Position numbers and translations under genes: made by a program. Positions 1 to 11,682 of a stretch of 64,000 nucleotides of DNA are shown one piece after another. Source of the stretch: Adineta vaga (Eukaryota; Animalia; Rotifera); the NCBI GenBank assembly GCA_021613535.1, contig CP075497.1, positions 5,766,001-5,830,000 of the forward strand. The letters are read 5' to 3'. Numbering within the stretch: position 1 is the first letter of the stretch; each line of letters begins with the position of its first letter. Under the pieces are notes generated by a model. That model saw only the letters and a program-made list of their open reading frames with translations, was not told where the DNA came from and did not search any database.

Positions 1-2959
1 ACGTAATGCCCGAGCGTAAAGAATCAGTTGATAGCTTCGATGATTTTTTTGGTGATGCAAAAACAAATGATAATCGAAAAAAATCTCCTGTTAAACTAAA
101 ACAAAATGAACCAGCAGTTTCAACACTTGTTAAAACTCAACCAGTTATCAAACGTCCTCCAACACCACCAACACCAGAAGAACAAAGAACACCGTCACCA
201 TCACCAACACCAGTGAAACGTATGTCGTCTCATTTGTAAGATTGAAGTTTTTCTTACTTCATTTTTCTCATTTTAAAGCTAAAGTAAATCATACAAAACC
301 ATCTGTAAAAACAAACGGACATAAATCACTATCACCAGTTATGCCAAAAAGACCTGATTCAAGTAAATCAAAAGTTTATGAATCAGGTAAATACAATGTG
401 AAACCTTTTTGGTTCATTGTTAAAGTCATTTGAATTTTCTCTTTTAGATTTTGATGATGATGATAATAATAATTATGAAGATGAAGATGATGGTGCTGTC
501 GACAGTGCAGATGAAAAAGGAAAACATAGTTCATTACCACCACCTAAACAACGTACATTTGATGCTCCTCGTCGTGGTAGTGATTCTGAATTGAAAAAAT
601 CATATGTAGTCACAGCTCAAAAGAAGCCAAAACCTAAAACTAACAACACTCCACGTAAAGATCAACGTTTACCATATATTCGTCCACAACAACCACGTCG
701 AACACTTCAAATAAATCGTTCTCGTCAAGACAACGCTTCAGCATCAACAAAAAATGAAGTAGAACAACGTTTATTATCAGCACATAATAATAAATTAAAA
801 ACGCTTGAATCTCGTCTTGCAGAATTACGTCGTCAATTAGATACTCAACGTGCTGAAAATGCGACACTACGTACAATACAAAAACGTGAAGAAAAAGCTA
901 TTCGAAACTTTGAAGAAAAAGAATATGATATTCATCGAATAGTACAATATTACACCAAGGAAGTTGACCATATCAAACGAGTGCTATCAACGGAACGTGA
1001 AACAAAAGCTAGACTAGAAAAACAAATTGAAGCTCGAGATGAAAAACTACAAGATCAATCAAAACGTCTTAAACAATATGAAAAAGTAGTCCAGGAAAAA
1101 CATCTCGATGAACGTCATGAATTACGTGAGAAATTAAGCGAAACTGATAAACGATTACAAGAATTTCAAGAAAAATTAAATAGTCAAGTAAATTCTCTAT
1201 TTCAATCTTATCAATACATGCTTTCTTCTTTGTTTTCATTCTAGCAAAAATACATTGAAAATTTAGAGAAAAATCATCGCTATGAAGTTAATCAAGAATT
1301 AGTTAAACAACGTGATTTAAAACGTGAATTGGATGCACGTTCAAAAAAATATCATGAATTATTTCTTAAATTCGAAGAAAAAACACGACATATGGATACA
1401 ATGCATATATACGCTCAACGTGGTGGTGTACGTCCGTCAGATTCACCTACAAATTTACCGAAATCACGTTCTTTACAATCATTAAATGAACCATCACCAC
1501 GTGGAAAAGATAAGAATGCCGATCTTGATAAAAAGAAGCGTGAACTACAAGAACAAGAACGAAAAGCGAAAACTCGACAACCACCGTCATCAAATGATAG
1601 TTCACCAAAAACTGAAAAGAAAAAAGTTATTCCAAAAAAAGAACCTTTACAACCAGCCGTAGTAACAGCTAAAACTTCGTCAACTAATGAAAAATCATCG
1701 ACAACACAGAATGGTAAGTTCTATTGAAATATAATTTATTCTGTCTGAAGTTAGCACCAGAATATTTGATGTATCTTGAACGTGTAAATCATGAAAATGT
1801 CACTTGTATAAAAAATTGTATTTCCTTAGTTACCCAAAACACGACAAAAACCAATTTATTTAAAGACAATATATATATATATATAAAGCTAATGAAATAG
1901 TAATAACCTAATTCATAAAATAGGAAGGAAATCGTAACTAATATGAATATTTGATTATTCTGTTTTTTTTCTATAGTTACTATTAGTTTGTTTATAAAAC
2001 ACTCGCATGTAGAAGAAAACTTCTTCGTAAAAGATCTCTTTCTTTCGCAGGTCATTTACCACCAAAAGGAAAACCTCCTGCTCGTCGTCTTTCCACACCA
2101 AAAAGTGTTAATGAAGACAATAGTGACGAAGATGATGATGATCCTTTCTTTGGATCAGCACCAAAAAAATTACCACCACCCTCGACTATTCAGCGCGGTG
2201 AACAACAACTATCTAAAAAAGACAGTGAAAAACGACCAACTGCACCTGTTCCACCAGTAAATGAGTCGAAATATAAATCAAATGGAACAGGTGGAAATAC
2301 GACAACAACATCATCGTCATCATCAAATTTGAAGCCTATTGATCCACCAGTCCCATCAAAATCTCGTGTAACACGTGAACTTGATGAGAAATGGTCGGAT
2401 ATGTTTGGAACAAGTAAACAAGATAATCCTACCAAGGAAGATCTTCTTGCTAAGTTAGTTGCTGATGAACAACAAGAACGAAAAATGGCTTCTTCTTCTC
2501 GACCACCACCACCTGCACAAAATCCATCAGTACGTTCATCCACAACAACATGTAAGTTTTTGTTTTATTTCAATTACATCTTCTTACTTTTATGTCATGA
2601 ATGATCTTATAGCACAACCCACAACAACAACAACAACAAAACCATCTGCTGACCCATTTGAGTCTTTGTTTAGTAACAATTCAACTAAGCCAGCTGCATC
2701 TCGTTCAAATGATCCTGATGACATTTTTTCTACAAAATCTTCAAGTCAGGCACCACCAGTTCGACAAACTAAAAATGATTCATTTGACTCATTATTCGGT
2801 CCGTCCTCTACAACTAATAACTCAAATACAGTCAAATCAAATTCAAAACAATTACCTTCACAAAATGACAAATTGCAAAGACCTAAAGTAGTTACAAACG
2901 CAACAAGGTCAATACCAAATAGAACAGTCATTGATGAAGTTGAAGAATTTGTTTTGTGA
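1..2959 (+). CDS. LCA5: Lebercilin-like ciliary coiled-coil protein (multi-exon, probably 5'-truncated by window edge)
   Basis: RLLSAHNNKLKTLESRLAELRRQLDTQRAENATLRTIQKREEKAIRNFEEKE matches the lebercilin coiled-coil domain pattern. GT-AG introns join ORFs 6-239, 417-1244, 1329-1727, 2329-2604 and 2459-2959. Stop TGA at 2957-2959. Confidence 0.8.
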
Positions 2960-3185
2960 ACATATCTAATCGCTAAAGCTTGTTTGTATTATATTTTATC
3001 AAATAATAAAAGATAAAACAAATTAACGTGACAATACGCTCCAAAACACAGATATTTAATGATTTATCCATAAGCGTTCCAAATCTATGGTTATAATCGT
3101 GACATTTTCGTTTGATGTAAATTCAACAAGAATGAATAAATAGTTGGAGAATTTGTTTTTAAATTCGATTATAGTAAACATCTTA

Positions 3186-3819
3186 TTGTTCGAAATCTGC
3201 TTTTGAAAAACCTTGTCCACGATAGACTGTAAAAGTATCAGCAGAAGTATAATTACGGTATTATGCTTTATGTAGTTGCTCTATTCGTCGATGCAGATCT
3301 TTCATAGAAAAAAGTCCATTCGTATAATAATATCCGTGTTCATAAATCGTAACGTGCGATTTAGCATAGGATATAGATTACTATCTTTCGTATACCATCA
3401 TATAGGCGTTGTTCGCCAGTATCTTTGTCTTTTATATGCTGCTCTTCAAAGTCGATGGTCAACACTATTTCCTTCATTAGTTGTGTATACATAAAAGATT
3501 GGTCCAATTGATCCAAATTTTTATTTCGTGATACAAAGCTCATTGGTATGGTATTCTTCTCACACTGATTGACTGCTTGTTTAACAGAATCACATATTAA
3601 TGCGACATTTATGAAGGCAACTCTTATTTTAGACCATTGTTTTATTCATTGTTCATAACGTACGGTTTTGTTACTGGAGATATTGTCTAGGATAAATTCG
3701 ATGCATTTATCATTGTCTATGAACATACTAATGTCGTTCACTGGACGTCGAAGTTGTGTTAAAGTATTTTTATAACTTTTATTGTTGGTATCACTATTTT
3801 CATCCAACCAAACCATGAG
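3186..3819 (-). pseudogene. Decayed fragment of an ADP-ribosyltransferase (ART)/TPR-type family gene
   Basis: Minus-strand translation across frames gives LMVWLDENSDTNNKSYKNTLTQLRR...YEQ*IKQWSKI...LDQLDQSFMYTQLMKEI...*WYTKDSNLYPMLNRTLR...DLHRRIEQLH...TFTVYRGQGFSKADFEQ*. In-frame TGA at 3646-3648 and 3398-3400, frameshifts, apparent internal deletions and truncation. Confidence 0.7.
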
Positions 3820-5694
3820 AGTGCTTAGTAGTTTTTAAATGCCAATCCGTTGATGTGCACCTGTTTCTTTTTGTGAGTTTGGATTGATTCATTAGTTGTT
3901 TCAGCACTATATGATTGACCACTCGCCATTAACTTTGCTTTTTTGTAAGTTAGTTCTAGAATATTTTCAAAACACTTTTTCTTTGGAAGTTTGCGTTAGA
4001 CAATATCTATCTCTTTTTTTTAAACTGTTTACTACTCAAAAATGAAGACAAATCAAGGCTAACATTTTCCAGTAACTATGAAAGCATAAAAAGAATCAAA
4101 AGTTCCAACAAGCTTTACTTGTTTTTTGACGACTGAAAGTTGAAAAACATATTCTAATATGAGAATGATCAATATTACCTATGAAGAACATATTATTTGT
4201 GTTTCAATTATTTTGCGTATAGCTTTGACGTAGTGAAATTATTCAATTGTATAAAAGTGTATTTCTGAACTAACTAAAAAAGAATTCAATTGAAATGATA
4301 GAGACACAAATGGTATATGCATAGGAGACCGACACCGTACATTTCTTTCTGTGATTTACTGCAGCGAACGACTTATGAAATATTACTCCGAACAAGATTT
4401 ATAGTAGTAATATGTTGTCAACTAGATATAATCATTAATAGCTGAAATACATTGCTTTCTATATCGTCTCAGTAAGTTGAATGGACTGATAACAAATAAA
4501 TATTTTGTTGTAGAATGAAAAATATAAATCAAATACAAACTTCTTATATTCTAGGTACTTCTATCAAGTATTTGATGTCATCGCAATATGACACTTATGC
4601 GATCATAATCCATCTCCACTTCAGTTTAACAAATTGTTCACAAATGAAAATATTTTTTTACAATAAGAAACTAAATTTAGGATGACACTAGTCAGAGCAG
4701 TTCCATCCCAAATAGTATATAAATCAAATCAAACGGTGCTATTTTATGATAGAACACGCAACGGTATTTATCTATTCGTTAGAAATACTTCAAATTGATC
4801 ATTTTATATTTTTTCGAAATAAAGATTAGTTCTGATACCATATGTGTATATATTATTTCAAAAACTGTAAAGAGAAGTAATCCATTATCATTCGGTACAT
4901 AATCTTTTGTTTTAAAGACACAGTAGCGAACGTGAATATTTCTTCAATAAGTTACTTCTGTAATAAGATAAACGTCCGATTTCTCTAGTTTCTCGGGAGC
5001 GAAAATGACCTATCAATAGAAATGATTTTCATCACACTTTAAATCTAAGCTAAAGATAGAGCGGAAGCATTCTATATATACATATATGTATTTTGAAATC
5101 TTCGTCTATCCCTTTGCTTGCTGTATAAAACGGCTAATACTGATTTTCTCTTCTCTTATTGTATTATTCACAATTAAAATGTGTCACTATCTGATTTGAC
5201 AATTAAAATCACAGTTTTGTTATTCAACACACTATCGTATTATTTTCGTTTAAAAAGTTTGTACGAGAATAAATAATGACTTTACTTTAACAAAAAAAAA
5301 TGAAAAGGATATCAATGACATTGGAAAAATGAATTGAGTTGTCATTCACTTTATGTTAATTTACTATGACGGAAGACTCGTTATTCTCGTACGAATACTT
5401 CTATATACATAATACATCGAATAAAAAAAAAGAGAAATTGCCTTCGTATTTGTTTTTGAATAAAACAGCGAAAGAAAAAAATAATTTTTTTACGAATACT
5501 GATTCACTTCATGAGACATGCTGTGCATAGAAACACACATTTTCCATCCTTTCAAAAACAATTCTTTCAATCAAAATAAAAATGTTATACTGTATAGGAT
5601 ACACTTACTCTATTGAGTTTTGCAAGAGTTTATATAGTATCCATACTATTTAGATCATAATCATCGTTTTATTTCACTGAATATATAAGACGCA

Positions 5695-6050
5695 ATGGCA
5701 CGATGCTTTTCTTGCATTGGAAAAAAGAAAACAACTGATAATCATTCAACAACGAAATTGACAACACTTCCTGATAATAATAAAACAATTCAATCATTCG
5801 ATAATACTTTGGATATGAATGATGAGATACTACCTCAAGATAATTCATTTTTTCATTATACTGGAATGTCTTACAATCGATACAACAACTCAAAAGTAAT
5901 TCTCTTACTAAATAATCATTATATTGGAACTAAACATATTGTTTTTACTTCTAGCTATTTCATACAAGCATCGGTACTAAACCAAGATTACCTTCGGAAG
6001 ATGCATTAGTGATATATTTCAATGCACATGATTTGAAACAATTAATATGA
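5695..6050 (+). CDS. Small hypothetical protein (~98 aa, 2 exons)
   Basis: ATG 5695 (MARCFSCIGKKK), GT at 5896, AG at 5953-5954, in-frame second exon LFHTSIGTKPRLPSEDALVIYFNAHDLKQLI*. No recognised domain. Confidence 0.4.
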
Positions 6051-6225
6051 TATCACATACAGAAGACATTTAATAAATTTTTTTTATTGATATTCTTTAT
6101 ATATATATTAACTTTACTGACACTCTTAAGATTCTAAGATTTTTGTTTTTCTGATTTAAAAGCCATATTTATTCACAATCAGTGAAAAGAAAAGTTCAAC
6201 CACAGTTTCCTTTGTGGAAAAATAC

Positions 6226-6251
6226 ATACACACACACACTCACACACACGC
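6226..6251. repeat. (CA)n microsatellite
   Basis: Imperfect CA dinucleotide run in the intergenic/3' UTR region. Confidence 0.7.
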
Positions 6252-6397
6252 ATGCAAAACATATCCGCTGGACATAAAGCGAACGAAAGACATTAATTAT
6301 GGACTAATAAATAAATATGTATAATAATAATATATATTTTTTGAAACAAAAGCAATCATTTTACTATCGAAATTAACATATAAGAAAATATTTTCTA

Positions 6398-9300
6398 TCA
6401 ACGATGAGATGCATTCGTTTTGAGATCTTGTTTTACTTTCCATAACATTAATTCCATACAAGAAACTGCATCTTCCATTGAATCATGTCCTACAGCTAAA
6501 CAGAACAAAATTGAAATAGAGATTGATTTTTCATTTGTAACTAATATTATTTCATACCATTTTCTTGAATAATTTTAGTTAAATATTCTGACATTAACGT
6601 TCTCAATGCACGTTTGTATGGCGCCCCTCTTGCATGTGGAAAAACTAAGGATGTATCAATGATTGTCTCATGTACAATCTAATGTACAAATGAAATAAAA
6701 CAAAAGAATACGCAGATTTTCTTTACTTTTAATGCTTTTAAATCACTCTCTAATGAATGACCAATAAGAATTGATTTATTATTAAATAATTTCAATAAAC
6801 GTCGTTGTACATCTTCGATGGTAACATTACAATTTTTTAAGTGAGCTTCAGTTATACCTGACCAACGAGTATTATAATCAAGTACTTGTTGATGAGGTTT
6901 AACGAGAGTTTCATAAACTGACTGTAATTTATGATTAACAACACTAACACGAACAAGTTCAAGACCATTAATCGTGTAGCACTAAAAAAAAGATAGATGA
7001 TTCTCATATTTACTGTTGATTTTATGATAAAGTAGAATTACCATTTCACAATCAAGGGCAAAAATACCATATGATTCATCTGAAGTTAATTGTTTTCGAA
7101 GAAGTTGAGTTTTAACATAACCTGATAATAATCCTGTATCATCACTATCATTTACATGATATTGAGCAACGACACAACCCACAGTATTTGTTTTAGAAGA
7201 ACAACATGAATAATTCTTATCAATTTGACCAGCAACTAATTATAAATCGTTATTAATCGAAAATGATCTTTTGATTATTTACCTCGTTGTGTTCGGATTC
7301 GTCCCCAATGATAAATGCATTCTTCTTGTTTTACATATCCTCCTTCATTAGTAATTCTATATGTTTTACTACAACGACAACATGTACGTATATTTGCTAG
7401 AATAAACGACAAGTATTTTACATTTCTGATCGAAAAATGTATTCGAAATAAACTTACGATCTGATGATTGAATTTTAGTTGTTGAATTATATATCGGATT
7501 CTTATTCTTAATTAAAACTTTGTCTGGAAAATCAAGTGAAAATGCTGGATAACCATTGTCTATCAGGTCTTTTTCTGATGCTTTATATATGAGTAAAAAT
7601 GTATATAATTCATTTTCTAAATAAAGTGATATTTTTTTAATAATTGATTTCGAAAATATGTCGTATTACCTGTTAATGTTTTCATATCGATTTCTTTTTG
7701 TTTTTTAATACCAAAACTAAGATTATCTGTATTACCGCTAGTAAGCATTGCTGAATGAGAAACAACAAGTCGCTGTGGATTCGATTTTTTTGGTGTAGTT
7801 AGTTCTGTTTTATTAGAATTAGTTGCATCTTCTGATCTTAATTGTCTTAAATATTTTGCTGCTAGATTTAAATATGAATTTTTATTTGTAGATTTATCAA
7901 AAATATCTTTTTCAATCGTTTGAGCACGTGCTATCATCGATGCTGTCGGAGTTGTAACATTAGAAGTTGTCGTTCGTTTCTTTAATTCATTCGAAAAGAA
8001 TGTTAAATATTCTTGTCGAGTTTTAAATGGAATTTTATTCATACTGGAATTCGGATCGACTAATGGATGTAATGATGGTGTTGCCAGAGAATTGTTTGAA
8101 TTTGAATTTGAATTTGAATGAACTTTTGGCTGATGAGCAATACGACGACCATCAGTAGATGTTTCTGCTCGAGTACGATTAGCAGATACTGCTGAAGTCG
8201 TATCATTTGAAGCGTTTGTTGATGATGAATAACGTGATGTCAACTGGTGAATAGCTGTTGGTAGTACAACAGGAGTTACTTTTTTTGGAGATAGAAATAC
8301 TTGATCAAATAGAGCTAATTCATCGTCTTCATCACTGTTTGTTGTTTTATTATTACCGTCTAAATAGTATATATGTATAATGAATGAGACAGAAACGAAG
8401 AAAGAATTTACTTGAAATAGGAACTGTTTTCTTCATATTTGTTGTGTCAATCGTTGTAATATTTTGTTTAGTTGATGGAATTACTTTTGGTTTCTTTGGT
8501 GGTACTTCATTTGTACCATTTGTGGGACGTTTTAGTGCTGTAGAAATAGGTTTCTTGATTGCTTTTGGTTCATTATCAAATGATATTGATGGACTAATAG
8601 GAACTTTATCTAAATCAATATCTAGAACGCGTACTTTTGATGTTGATACTATTTTCTTTGGTATTCGTTTGAGCATTGGATTTGTGTGAGGTACAGTTGA
8701 TTTATTCGTATTTTCAATAACATTGGGTTTTACTGTTGCTGTTGGTTTATTTATGGGTTTGTTGAGCGTTTGATTCTGTTCGGATGACATTGCTTTTCTC
8801 GCTAATGATAGTTTTCGTTCATCAAAATCATTATGATCAGATGAAGATGATAGTTTTCGACGAACCGGTGGTGTTATCCAGCAATGTTTATCATCGATTA
8901 ATGATGATTGAGCTTGTTTTGAAATAATAGTTGACGAAGTGGACTGAGTCGATTGAGGAAGACTATGATAATCGAATAAAGTGAAGAAATATGAAATGAA
9001 AAATGTTTACTTACGTGGGAACTTTCGATTTTATTGCTTCTACAGACTCAGATTGAGTAAGCGATGTTGGAGGTGGCGAACTCGATGGTGGAGAAAATGT
9101 TGCATGAGCATATTCATCTGAATCAAAATTGACTACATCTAGATAAATATGAAACTTTATAATAAGTTAAGTCGATCAATGAAGAATATTTACCGTTTTT
9201 TGTAGATTTTACGGGTGTTTGTTGTTGATTTCGTTTTCTTCGTTCAAGTTCAACAAGAGGTGTTGGCCGATATTCTGGAACTGTGTCACCTGCAGTACTA

Positions 9301-9806
9301 GTACCAGGAGTTGTTGGTTGATTTTGATGTTGATGTAACTGTGTTGTAATAGTACTAATTGCTTGTGTTAATTTTTCTGATATATCATTGCTATTTGTCG
9401 TTGTTGTTGATGATGTAGCTGAATTGATTGCATTGGTGAAAGCTGTTGTTAAACTTTGTAAAATTGTATTTTGAAAAATAGATGTTATATCAACAGTAGG
9501 CACTGGATTTGTCGCTGTTGGTATTGATGATATTGAACTAGCAGCTGCAGCTGTAGATAACTGTGTAATAAGTTTATTGAGTGTTTCATTCGCATCTAGA
9601 GTTAGGTTTCAAAGTTTTTAATATATTGATTATATTCAAAGCAAACCTGGTGGAATGTTAATCGATGATGAACTTGGAATACTATTAGCTACATTTGATT
9701 GTGATGACGCTTGAACATGTTTAAAATGACAATGAGGTCTTGGACATGCAACACGAGAAAAGAATGGACATGGTATATCACGAAAATAATTAGCTGACGG
9801 AAACAT
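6398..9806 (-). CDS. REXO1: RNA exonuclease 1 homolog (DEDDh 3'-5' exonuclease)
   Basis: N-terminal [30 protein letters not shown] zinc-finger-like motif. C-terminal FALDCEM / TRWSGIT / [13 protein letters not shown] / [15 protein letters not shown] DEDDh motifs. Multi-exon; stop at 6398-6400. Confidence 0.9.
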
Positions 9807-11682
9807 GATGTTAAACTGACGTTGTCCACAACAATTGAAATTGAAAAAGAATAAGCATAATAAGCAGCTGTACTGTGATGATTACTGACTGACTGACTGT
9901 TGACAAATGAAATTATTTGTTTATCTTATCCACCAGTTATATTTTTATATTTGCCCTCTATGTAATTTATTTATAATCGTGATGAATCATTAGATTGTTA
10001 AATATCTATATAGATGTACTAAACGGAAAAAATAGAACTACTATCTTTAATACATGAAATGAATACACTAGTCAAATGCGTAACTAACTATTTCATTGTA
10101 TATATCATAACGACATCTTTTGTCAGAAATAGAATTCTTTTTTCGCACTCATTCGAAGACATATACAACTAGTGTAAAGTTGTCTGTTGTTCATAAATCT
10201 AATCTGATCGATTAGAATATTTTGTTTGGCTGTTGATTCAAAAAAAAATTAACAATCGTATACAGTAATAAAGAAAAAACCTATGTAACACATTGTCGAC
10301 ATTTGACTTTATTCATATGGTATATGTCGATTTAAAACATTTACAAAGTGCAATGCAGTACGTTGTCGACATTGCAAGTAAAAGAAAGAAAAGAAGTATA
10401 TTGACATGACTATCTGAATCATTTGATTCTTACCATTTATTCACATATTAGATTCAATATCTAATGTTCATATCGTATATATTGGACTAACATATGTTTT
10501 TTGGTTACTAATCGGAGAAGAAAAGAATATTGACTTTTAGTTATATTGAATAATAATGATATAAGTTTATGACTTTTGATACATATATAAAACCTTCTTC
10601 ACATTGATAGTTAATGTGAATTATGGTATTCATTCAAACAACTACGTTTATATTATATTGTAACATTTTAATACAGTTTAATTTATTGTCAGTGATATTC
10701 AAGATATTCTTGTAAAGAAAAAGTTATAAGTCATCAATATTTGTTTATTGAAGATAATAACTAAACTTAGTTCCTGAATACTTATCTAATTTGTATATCA
10801 TCTGAATAAAGAACATGCTTTTAACAATAAAAAAATCATGAGTTCTTCTTATTCATAGAGCAGATTATGGCTATTCATTGCTAATTTTTTCTATTACTTC
10901 GCGAGTCAATATTGATAAGAAGACCTTACCATCATTTCATCTCATTCTAACAGTACAGACATGATATAGTAATGAAAAAAAAATGTTTGTAATAAAAAAC
11001 GAACCGTGCCATTTTCTCCTCACATTGCATAGTAGAGATAAAAAAAAAGTAAATTGTTACGCTACATATCTCGTAGGTGTTATTGTTGTTGTTTTTTTAT
11101 TATTATTATAAAACACATCCACACTCATAACATAGATCTTCGCATAGTAACATTAAGAAAAAAGAGATAGAGAGGTAAGACGATATCTTGTTCTTTTTCT
11201 CTTTCTCCTAACATTGATGATTTCATCACAATATAAACTCGAGATTCTCATTGGATAAATTGAAAAATCTGTCATCGTTTCGTTGAAAGTTTTTCATACA
11301 AGGTCTCAATTATTCATGATTATCATATATGTCTACAATAGTACTTCGAAAGATTATATAATCAAAAAAAAGAGCGTATTTCTTTTTCTCTCTCTCTCTC
11401 TCCTATTGAACACATCAACCGAGGATATATACATACAATCTTGCACTTCGCTTACTCGTCATCTTTCACCGACTCGAATCAACTACATTCGTTGCCTTCT
11501 TTTCTTTCCGCATATACGCATATCTCTATCAATATCTTTTCTCTGTATAATAGGTATAGATGTATTTTTTTACTATGTATACTTACAATCGATAGGAGTC
11601 TAGATTCATAAGAAACCTACTAGGTGATTTCTTTATTTTAGATGATCTTTGTATAAAAAGAAGAAATTATTTTCTTTTTCAA

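Noticed and set aside
4550-4770. Exon-like segments with AG/GT boundaries (e.g. MTLVRAVPSQIVYKSNQ...)
   Set aside because: Short, interrupted by stops, no recognisable homology; cannot be supported as a gene or pseudogene.
8384-8689. Hydrophobic + strand ORF, and similar antisense ORFs such as 2190-2543, 11745-12053, 28846-29226 and 59640-59945
   Set aside because: Shadow ORFs opposite genuine coding exons.
11283-11603. 106-aa ORF upstream of myosin
   Set aside because: TTG start, low-complexity F/L/S composition; more consistent with promoter and 5' UTR sequence.
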